A stretch of 64,000 bases of DNA, taken from positions 1-64,000 of the forward strand of contig JBEWZL010000178.1 of the NCBI GenBank assembly GCA_045837725.1, given 5' to 3'. Position numbers and translations under genes: made by a program. Source of the DNA: Vermamoeba vermiformis. Taxonomy: Eukaryota. The notes beneath the pieces are model-generated. The model was not told where the DNA came from, searched no databases, and saw nothing but the letters and a program-made list of their open reading frames with translations. Of the stretch, positions 53,842 through 64,000 are shown piece by piece. The first letter of the stretch is position 1; the number at the start of each line of letters is the position of its first letter.

Positions 53842-55615
53842 ATGGAGCAGAACGACCACTCGATTTCGGAGAAGATCAACATCCACGACTTGCCCGACGA
53901 ACTACTGCTTTATATATTCGAGTTTATCTCGTAAGTATATTAATGCCGATCATTTGAAATCTTTACACGAGGAAATAATAATATTTAAATTTTTCTACAA
54001 TTTTTAATTATTTGTTAGGGCAGTAGAATTGCTGAATATCTATAGCGTATCGAAGCGATTTTGTTATCTATCGTATTCAGACGAGACATGGCGTCGTGTG
54101 GCTAAAATTAATATGAGTTGGCGGCATTTCAACGAAGCAGATCCGGATTGGACTTCTTACCCAAAATTTAATCAGCTTTACGAAGAGAAATTACGAGAAT
54201 ATATTTATAACAAAACCTTGGGGTTGAAAAAATGGGAGAAAGCGTTCAATAATGGATTGTTCTGGGTAACAGCTGACGACGGAGAAGATCCTTCGTGGAT
54301 TAGGTAATTTGTCCAGAAAAGCTTTTAAGCACCACCCATATACTAACATGATAATTTAGATCGATTGAAGTTCAAGGAGATTCATTATTCGTTGCTAAAA
54401 ACGGACAAGAAGTTATTAGCTTTGATCTGTCGGATTTGCAATACCGCGTGATGGAAATTGATGGTAAGATGCTTGTATTTGCTCTTATAACCATTTATAA
54501 TATTTAATTGTTATTTAGCAACGCCTACGTGTATGACTGCAATCAACGCATCGTTCGACATGAAAAAAACAAAATTGTTTGTTGGATCTAATTCAGGAGC
54601 GCTCCTTGTCATTGATTATCACTACAATTACGCACAAAAATGCGAAACATACAATTTATATGCTCGTAAGTATTATTAAGCCATTCTAAAGACGTTTTCT
54701 GATCGATTTGTAGCGGATGTTAAGATCAGCGCGATCCATTCTGATCACAGCAGATCACAAATGCAAGTGTTTGTTGGCACTAGAGATATTGAAATATTTA
54801 ATGCGCTGCAGACAACGCTTTCAACAGCTGCTAAAATAGAACTCAACAATCCGATCGACCAAGTCACATCTATCGATAGCGATAAGGGGTGCGAGAACTT
54901 TGCTCTTTTAACGATAATTGCACCACTAATATATAATAGGCATCTATATATCGCATTAACAGATGGTACCATGGCTATTTACGATCGCGACACTCTTCAG
55001 TTAGTCAAATCCGTTACAGCGCACAAAGCGTACTTTGAACGATTGAGATTATATAGAAACACTATTGTTACGTCATCGAGGTAATTATTATGCTTATATA
55101 ATCAGTCAACTACGATGTTCAATCGAGTTTTCTAAGCGAATAGCGGATCTAACTTTTTTCTTTAGAGATGAAACAGTTAAGATATGGGACCCTAGAGATA
55201 GTGCATTGAGCGAAGTACTTACATTACCAATGCCAGACACGTCTACTGTAACTGATTTCCGAGTCAACGATTGGAATCTAACTGCGTGTACTGGAAGTAA
55301 GTTGGCTTCATTTTAAAATTTTAATATTGTTTTAGCGAATAATTTAACCATATATAATATTATATTAGCTTAATTTAAGCTCTTATAATGATACTAATTT
55401 AGCTTGTTAAGGTGGTAGCGTATGGATTTGGGATCTTCGGTTCGAAAAACCAGCTTGCATCTCTCAGATCAGTAAGTATTTCTGTGTTCATATAATCTCG
55501 TTATTATATTAACCGAAAGCATATTTTAGCCGAACAAAGTCTTTGGACTGTTGCTACGACAGATCAAATGATTTTTACAGGCGGATCTTTTCCTTTGGTT
55601 TATGCTCGGTGTTAA
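53842..55615 (+). CDS. F-box + WD40 repeat protein
   Basis: IHDLPDELLLYIFEFI..SVSKRF..W; IVTSSRDETVKIWD; GSVWIWDLR; stop TAA 55613-55615. Confidence 0.85.
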
Positions 55616-55833
55616 AATCGTGAAGAAGTGGTGCGTGGTCAGTGGCCTGGTCCTGAGTACCATCAGTTGTACGATGAGTGGAAGGCTATTTATGGCAAAA
55701 AAAGTACGTCAAGTGTGGTGTTAATAACTCAAAGTTAACCTTTCGTGATCACCAGGCAAAAAGAAGGACAAGGATTGTGTGGTTCAGTGAGCGTACTGAC
55801 ACATACCAAGATCCGGCGACTGTCAGAACGTGC
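55616..55833 (+). pseudogene. Inverted copy of the RhoBTB 3' end (last two exons, last intron, part of the 3'UTR)
   Basis: [29 protein letters not shown] / [11 protein letters not shown]; nucleotide similarity to the reverse complement of ~41142-41361 includes intron and UTR. Confidence 0.9.
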
Positions 55834-56100
55834 ATACCGTTATACAATAAACAGCTAATCTAGTGCGCAGGAAAAAAACGACGCTGCGTGGTGCAATACG
55901 CTCAGTAAGGAAATTGATTGGAATACTTTCAGAGAGCTCTCGGTTATTCGAGCTGAAGCTAAGCTTAACGTGAAAGTCTAAATTCGATTTTGGTTCGTGT
56001 GAATCGATCTGGTTAGCTGAACCAAATTTTTCTTGTTCTACTTCTATAAATAAACAAAGCGCAATGTAATCACTACTATTTGACGACGTAAGTTGGAGAT

Positions 56101-57226
56101 ATGAAATCGATTAAATGCGTTGTTGTAGGCGACAAAGGGGTCGGCAAGGTAATCCGCGATCCAAAACTCGAGTTTCACCGTGCAAAATACTCAATAATTT
56201 ATTTCCTATAGACAACCTTGCTAATATCACATACTACAAACGGCTTTCCTCTTGAATACCTTCCAAGTGTAAGCATTGATTTAATTTAATTTTTTCGCTC
56301 GCTTTAATTAATATTATTATACAGGTACTGGATTGCTCTTCTGCAATGGTGCGTACGCATAACTATTTTTCATAATTTTAGTTCGTTGTTTAACAATTTT
56401 AAAGATGATGGTTAATGGAAAAAAGGTTGACTTAATATTGTGGGATACTGCAGGGGTACAAGGCGAACATGGTATTTAACTTAATATTATTATTACGTGA
56501 TTAATTATATTTACCTAATTTCGTCTCAGATCAACTTCGTCCAGGTTGTTATTCGGGCACGGGTAAGCTGGATCCCACCAAATAATTGATTATTATCGCT
56601 AATTATTTGCAAATAATAGACATATTTCTCGTTTGTTTCACAATCAACAGGAGGCAAAGCTTTTATAACGCCAGAGATAAGGTAAAACGCGAAAACTAGA
56701 TCCGCGATTTTTTCTTCAATTACTAACCTTATTATAATAGTGGGTCCCTGAGGTACGAAAATAATATATAATATGGAAGAAATCCTAATATTTATATGCA
56801 AATATTAATACGAAGATTTATTTTGCCGAGTAAATTTCAACATTTTTGGATGCAGATCAAGTTCCATTGTCCTGAAGCACCGTTCATTCTCGTTGGCACA
56901 AGGATAGATATAAGAGATTATGCAAACCTACCTGCGTTGCCGAATCAAGACTTGAGCGCAGATCCGGTCACATCTGAAGAAGGCGAAGAGTTGGCTCGTC
57001 AACTTGGTGCTGTTAAGTACTCTGAATGGTAAATTTCATTTAATATTATTATTATTATTATTATTATTAGCATTCTAACTTAATGAACGGCAGTTCGGCG
57101 TTAACTACAGTAGGGCAAAGAACACTGTTCGACGATGCTGTACGAGCGGTACTAGATCCGAAATTCTATTTTGGATACCCAAAAAGTCCAGGCACCGATA
57201 AGAAAAAACGCTGTATTATACAATAG
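56101..57226 (+). CDS. Atypical Rac/Rho small GTPase; CaaX CIIQ
   Basis: [37 protein letters not shown] micro-exon; GTRIDIR; ECSAL; DKKKRCIIQ*. Confidence 0.88.
57044..57068. repeat. (ATT)n microsatellite in an intron
   Basis: attattattattattattattatta. Confidence 0.9.
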
Positions 57227-57481
57227 ACTGGGTTAAATCAAGAAAGAATCGGTTGCATTATGGATCTGCCACTCTCTTGTAGAAGATTATGTTCGCGAGA
57301 TTGTAAGGAGATTGAAGTCACGTGTCTATTCAATTCATGCGTCTGTTATAAAAAGCGACTTTGGATGTTCGGAAACAAAACATCCGACGTGGCGGTGGGT
57401 ACGCATTATTAGAATAAATCCATTAACTATTGCAATTATTATTAATCACTACACGATCTATATCTACATTTTCAAAAGTCT

Positions 57482-58162
57482 TTATGAAATCTCTACGACA
57501 AATTTTAGTGAAGATCCGATCATAAAGCTGACTGAACCGAGAATCCACATTGTATTTCCTAGGCGCAGCATTTGTGTCGTGTTGAAGATAAATACTGCAG
57601 AGCCAGTTGCGAATAATATAGAGCCTACTAAATACCATGTTGAACCAATTGCGTTATTCCAAGTATTGCTCCAATTTCGTTCCACATCCGATGGATCTCC
57701 TTCCATTTTTTTGTCTTTGTACATTTGCGAAAGGAAAATTTGATCTACTGCGTATTTCGAGATTGCTCCGAACAGAAATAAACCACTTCCAACGTCCCAC
57801 ACAATTTCAGCTCGCTGTTGCCAGATCAATTCAGGGTTCGTAAAGAATGAAGCTCCAATAGTAAATAATATTCCGCCGCCAGTAAAAAACGTATTAGCAA
57901 CAACGTTTAATTGCTCGGGAACGGGCGATTTTTGATTTTTCTTCCTTCTTATGCCTAAAGCCCAACTATCCACGATTAATTTTGCTGCAGCTCCTACAAG
58001 GTACGCTACGGATCCGATGACGAAGAATGCAGATGTCGCTACTTGATATTGTGTTCCGATGTCGGCGAGAACTGATCCAATAATGAACATTATGGCTCCA
58101 ATAAAATAGCTTGCTTCGTTGAATAACGCAAGAGGTTTCCAAATTTTCCTTTTAATCTCCAT
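57482..58162 (-). CDS. Intronless multi-pass membrane protein with YrhK-like repeats
   Basis: Three repeats of N-x-x-(Y/F)-x-x-G-x-I-x-F-x-x-GS ... (F/W)-x-x-GS-x-x-(F/Y)-x-x-G. Confidence 0.7.
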   Translation of the reverse strand: MEIKRKIWKPLALFNEASYFIGAIMFIIGSVLADIGTQYQVATSAFFVIGSVAYLVGAAAKLIVDSWALGIRRKKNQKSPVPEQLNVVANTFFTGGGILFTIGASFFTNPELIWQQRAEIVWDVGSGLFLFGAISKYAVDQIFLSQMYKDKKMEGDPSDVERNWSNTWNNAIGSTWYLVGSILFATGSAVFIFNTTQMLRLGNTMWILGSVSFMIGSSLKFVVEIS

Positions 58163-58582
58163 AATTATGCGATGTAGTGAGTTGAGTAAAGAAATAAGAA
58201 AGATCCAAAAAAATAATCGTCTTATCGATTTGCAACTACTAGGAGGTTAGTACTTACGGAAATCGGGATGGAAATTAAAGATCATAATTGTTTTTCGTTC
58301 GGATTCAAATCAAATTTCAGAGCTAATTGACCGGTTAATTTCGGAACGTGCAAGATCCAAAGAAAATTTTACTTGATAATTTGTGCAATTAATATTCAAG
58401 CTGTTTAAATTATTCCTTGCGTGGCATTACGCCAAAGTGCGCAGTCACACAAAAAGTAGACTATTTTCGGAAAATTAATCGAAATTTGTTTCAATTTGAT
58501 TTATATTAATTTCGTAGGTTCCTTTGCAATACTACTTAGTTCGTGCAATAAAATTAATAGAGATAATATCTATTGTTATTTA

Positions 58583-61320
58583 TTACAAATAATCGATGCC
58601 AAACAACGGCGCAATTAAACTAGCAATGTCGTACAACACTGCAAATAAGAAATACACGATAATAATGTAGCGCAAAGAGAACCAGAACTTGTCTAATAAT
58701 ATGGTTAGGAAATATTACCAAATAAGGAAAGTACTAGAGTACGTACTGAGTTTGAAGGGAATGTCAATATCTTCAGTCGCGTCACGTGCGTTGATTAACA
58801 TAATCGCAATAAATGCACCGGCCTCCAAATTTAGCGCCAAACTAGCTGCATTTTCAATAATTCGAATGAATCCCTATAAAATAAATGCAAAAGTTAATCC
58901 TTAACTACCAAAAAATATCTTTGGATCTGATCCGTGAAAAAATTCGTACCTGAGGATTAGTGACGGCAATGACTAACACGATGCCAAAACATAAAGTATA
59001 CACGATCATTTGCTTGAAAATTCTTCTAATGTCCGCAATCTTGCGCCACATGTTCTTCCAACAGCCGCCGTAGTCCTTTGATTTGACGTAGCGCCAACTC
59101 TCGACAAAGCCGTCGACTTAATTACATTATATTAAGGAGATAATAATATTAACCGATTTAAAATTCTTAAAGTGAGATCTAATTGACACGCGTCACTTTT
59201 CGTGTCAAAAGTCCAAATGCCATTTTCAAGTCAGGGTCAAAATGTCAAAAATTGCCTAAAAAGGATACGGACATGCTTCGTGCCAGTGCCAACAGTAATG
59301 TAACTGACAGTAATTGACAGCATGATGAACACGTCCACGAGAATTGCAACCCAAAAGAATTGCGGGTAATTTTGTTTGATCACTTGGATCAGTGGCACTG
59401 TCGAGATGTCTCCCTCTTCTGCCGCGCTATGCAGAAAAAGAAAAAATTAGAATTAGTAACTGTAACGCGACGCTCAAACGACTAACATTTTTCACGTATT
59501 TTTGCAGATCCACAATATTTCGGGTCGGTAAAAAATATATCTCGTGTTGAGATTAAGTTTTCCTAATAAAGATACTTGGACTTGGTACGTACTGCTCGAG
59601 AGAAATTCCGTCACCCGTCTGCGGAACAATCTTCAAAATGTAGTAGCACCAAAGAACGTTCAACGCCCACACGAAAAACAATCCAGCTAAGAAAAAACAA
59701 TAATTAAATTAATTTCTAAGAAAAAATAATGAAAAATAGTTGGTTTTTGTACGTACTGATCGAAGCTACAATGAACAAAATAATGTCGCGTCGTTTCAAA
59801 GCAATTTTTGCAAAGACTACCGGCAGAATATTAATAGCTCCGCCCAATGCCACTGTGCCGATCAAAAATGGTTTGCCGACATATCGCCAGTCAGTGGAGA
59901 TACTCAGATTCACTTCGTAGCCCACAAGAGCTGTAACGACCACCTGATAATAATTCAACGATCAGTGATAAAATTATGAATTAATCTCGACGACCATTTT
60001 ACTAAAGTATTTAGAGCAAGTTAATCGCCTATTAATTCTAACGAAATTTCCGATCCACATCCGAAAAAATTATTTCCTTGATTTAACTGCCGCTTTAAAT
60101 ATTACATATAGATAATAAATATATGTGCGCTAATATTCTTATGAATAAATATAATTAATATTAATTTTGAATGAGCGTACCATGAGTCCTAACATCGATC
60201 CCTTTCCAAAAGTCAAAAATGAAATGACGTGTTGCAAGAAGAACGATCCAAATATGACCAATAGTGTATATAGACCCCAAAAAGGACCAATTATCCATTC
60301 CATCTTTATGCCAATCAGTTGACCGTAGGATTCAGATCCAGCCAGTACGTAACTCGTCAAAATTGCAACTCTATCGATTTTGAGGGTTAATAATATTAAG
60401 AATATAATGTAATATATAATATGTTAATAATATTATAAGATAATTAAATCTCCACGCCTAAAAAGTTTCGCGGATTTGGATGCGGCTCCCACAAAAATCT
60501 GTTCAAATAAATTTAAGCTCGATAAGCTTACGCGTGTAACATTACAGCCACATCGAATACTATTCTGAAGAACTTGTTGAGGAATAATTCGCCGAGAGTA
60601 TGAAGATCCGGGTCCAAATTCTTTTTCGTCTCTTCGTTCTAATACAACGGTTAATTGATACGAACATAAAATAATATATGCATTACATTAATTAAAGGCT
60701 GATCTTCTGATGACTGACGTCTGGCTTCCTACAAGACCGTTAGCGACATCCAACGCGTACCAAAACTAAATCCGCTTACCACTCCGTATTTCATGCGACG
60801 AATGTTCAATAATTTGCCGCGTTGCATAATCTCAGTCATGAATAAGATTAATATGACCTATAAAACGTTAAAATGAGAGTTTATACGAAATTTAATTGTT
60901 TCGCAATCAAGTGGTGAACCGGATTTGTCGTTCAACTTTTACCTGCATTAGAAAACAGAATCCATATGAGGCTACAAAAGGTGTAAATCCACTTTTGCTT
61001 AATTTAACCGGTAAACCGAGAATACCAGTGCCCTAAAATAAAAAATACAAAAATATCAGATCCGTATCATTTTTTGCCGAACTTAGGTTCGAATGACAAT
61101 AGCGGGTTATAAATTCATATAAAGTTATTTCGTATAAAATATTATAGTAAGAATTTTCTGATATTTTTGAAGACCAAACACAATTTCTAGATCCGTTTTA
61201 ACGGACAGGTAAGCATATAATACGTACCAATACACTAGCAATAATCAGAAAAAATGCGTTAATATACGCAAATACAGGCGTCTTTTGTTGCAGGACAACT
61301 TCTGCTTCCTGCCGTTCCAT
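58583..61320 (-). CDS. Amino acid permease (Aa_trans / Trp-Tyr permease-like)
   Basis: IIASVL-GTGILGLPVKL; ILTSYVLAGS; PFLIGTVALGGAINILP; SITVSYITVGTGTKHVLDG; multiple TM helices. Confidence 0.88.
59117..59268 (-). other. U12-type (minor spliceosome) GT-AG intron
   Basis: 5' splice site GTATCCTTT; branch TCCTTAAT ending 14 nt before the 3' end; splicing gives an in-frame KHVLDGF. Confidence 0.85.
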
Positions 61321-61788
61321 CTCGATCCACTTAATTTTTTGCTTTCTTATACGCTTATGATTAAACGCAGCCTTCGTGCAATACGATGTGTGTCCATATA
61401 TATGAGACTGCGACTTATAAAATTAGACGGAAAGATATGTCACTATTTCTGTTTGACGTTTGAACTTTCGTTTGAAAACTTCGTTGTGTCATATCGCGAA
61501 ACAAAATCAACGTAATTAATTAATTACCAATTTTAAACAATGCGCCTCAACTCTATAAAGATCAGACAAGCACAGTCCAGAAGCAGAATGAGAATCAGTT
61601 GATTTCCCGATATTCTTTATTGAAAATACGGCGATCAATATTATTATTACGTTAATGAGATGAAAGTTATTCATGAAAATCAAAACAAGCCAAATCCGAA
61701 TTATTTTGAAAACAAACATCCGCGCACAGAACATCTAGCAACACGGAAACAGACGCACAATAATAATAATTTTTACGTTAATTAATTA

Positions 61789-64000
61789 ATGGGCCAAGTC
61801 AAGTCATCGCTGCCCATAGAGACTGCGGATAGTAGATTCGTAAGAGAAGAGAAGGTAAGCCTTAAATTTCTATTGTATTTAATTCTTTTGGTATTTTTTT
61901 CGGTCCTTGAGCGTTTAGAAGCCTTAATTCGGGTCTAAAAATTAATTTAATTTTCTCGCCGAAATTTAATTTTAGCTTACCCCAGATCAACGTTTTACTC
62001 GAAACAGCAATAAAACCAAATGGAATTTTCCCTTCGGACCTCATTTGTATAATTATGGACTTAGCTGACGTTAACACCTTTCGCTCTCTCGCTCTTACAT
62101 GCAAAATGTATTATGAGGCATCGCTGACAACTGCTTATGTAAGCTATTAATATTATCCTCGACATAATTAATTCGAATATGATTACTAACTTCAATTAAC
62201 CATTCAGGGAGGAAATCTACCGCTTCTAGATCCAACACGGCTAAAGGATTGTACGCGTAAAAATATTCAATATTTTCCTATTTGGTATTAATATACATTT
62301 TTATATTTATTAGGTTTTGGGCTGAAACGCTCTCAACGAGATTTATGCCAAAATTGAACTTCTCTTACATCGCCAGTTTTCAACGCAACAAGGTCTTAGT
62401 CAACAATCACGTATTCTTAGAAGGGTCAGTATTTAATCTAAGATACCGGGTACAATATACTAATACAATTTTCAAAGAGAGCTTGGTGTTGCCAAGATGT
62501 CTAAAGCTGCATTCATTATGGATCTAACAACGATGACAAAAACAGAAGTTCCGTACGGCTGTGTATTTGCAAACGATTATATCATTAAGAATACAAAAGA
62601 AAATGGTGAATATTTCTTTGATTGGGACACATTGGAGGTTTTAGACAAGAATTTCAACGTGTTGCATTCGATCGGTACGGTCAACTTTTGGCATCTGAAA
62701 CTTTATCGGTTAATAATCTAACGATCCGAAAACAGCTCGAAAGAATAAAGTTCCCCCGCTTGTATATCAGACCAGCGAGCTGGATCATCCAAATGACATC
62801 ATTTTGCTCCACGTTAATCAGAAGTCAGGGGAGAACTCGATCATTTTATCGAACTTGCATTTGAGGGACAAATCCTTCGAGTACGTTTAATTAGAGTCTT
62901 ATACTATCTTTATTAATCACTTTATATTTAGAAAACATCTGGACGACTTCGTAGACAGAAAAATAATACTTGAAGTTTATGATCTGAAGACGGCAAGCTT
63001 GATCTTGGAGAGAAAAGTTGAAGCTAACAGAATTCTTGCGTACTATGTAAGTATTTATAAATTATATTATATGTAAAATATAATATTAAATTGGATTAGG
63101 GCAATTGCGTTGTCATGATACGAATCGAACACATCATCGCGTACGACTTGCATTCGAAGCACGAAACAACCCTCAGCGCCGATTGCAAGAATCCTGCAGT
63201 ATATATTAATTATGATGAGGTATTATTGAAGTCTTGCAATTGTTAAAGGCCCCTAACAAAACAATTCAGATCGGACTCGTTGAAAATTTCAAGTTTAAAA
63301 TCTTCAGTCTAAAGGAATTAAGAGAGATAAGAACAATCGATTTGGAGTCAATGTTTAAGTCTATTAACCATGAAGGACAGGTAATCTATATTTGTCGCGA
63401 AAGAAGATCCAATTTGTAACGAATTTTTTGTGCAGATCCAAGCATTGGCCTTCGACGACTATAAGCTCGTTATTACATACGTTCTATCAGGTGCTATTAT
63501 ACACCTCGTAAGGAGTCTGCAGTCACGTACTTTGCTTACATCCATGCATACTCCGTACGATCGGTACTTGGATCCAACAGTACGGCCGAGAGTTCATGTA
63601 ACTCCGAACGGAAAGATCGTTACCGATGCTTTGTAAGTCAATTTACATATCTTTACGGCCAAGATTAATATTCTACTAGAAATCTGACTGTTTATGACTT
63701 CGCGCATCCGTACGTGGCTTCAAATCCAGAACTGTCTATTCCTACCATATATATCGTACGTATACTCCCTTAATAGTCAATAGAATGTTTATTTAAGGCA
63801 ATAACCTCGATTAGAAGGACAGCAAAGTACAAGCGACTTCGATCCGATTGTCCGAATTGAACAAATTCGCGATGGAAAAGCTAAACGTGGCTTTTAACTT
63901 GCTGAGGACACGTACTATTACAACGTAAGTGTTATAGATACTATACTATTACAATAGCGACCCGCTCATTTCTAACTTCCTGATGTAGATCCCGAAACGA
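61789..64000 (+). CDS. F-box protein with N-myristoylation-like start, probably continues past the window end
   Basis: MGQVKS; GIFPSDLICIIMDLADVNTFRSLALTCKMYY F-box-like; many short exons with beta-strand-like content; final exons remain open at the window edge. Confidence 0.65.

Noticed and set aside
1-64000. Alternative genetic code, CRISPR arrays, transposase/RT genes, rRNA
   Set aside because: TAA, TAG and TGA all serve as terminal stops and internal stops are explained by introns; I saw no repeat-spacer arrays, mobile-element ORFs or rRNA motifs

Overview
Gene-dense, intron-rich eukaryotic DNA (AT-rich, mostly 45-60 nt GT-AG introns with CTAA/CTGA branch sites, plus some 150-350 nt introns). 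The gene content suggests an amoebozoan protist, which is an inference. About 23 protein-coding genes can be spliced by hand, and most ORF-track entries are single exons or antisense shadows. The main feature is a Rho-signalling block at 31-57 kb. It holds a RhoGEF(DH-PH)-dynamin-like fusion with degenerate G-motifs, two tandem RhoBTB genes with a Kelch propeller inserted into the split BTB domain, and two atypical Rac-like GTPases. None of the four Rho domains has the canonical DTAGQ motif. The block also contains an RGS gene, a neck-less and tail-less myosin, and an inverted RhoBTB 3' remnant sitting in frame behind an F-box/WD40 stop codon. Other notable items are a ~145-nt rod-like intergenic hairpin, a U12-type intron, a strongly CpG-depleted F-box/ankyrin gene, and fusions of a CCDC61-like head with WD40, ubiquitin-like domains with a chromoshadow domain, and PP2C with MYND. 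All domain calls come from motif recognition by eye, with no database search.
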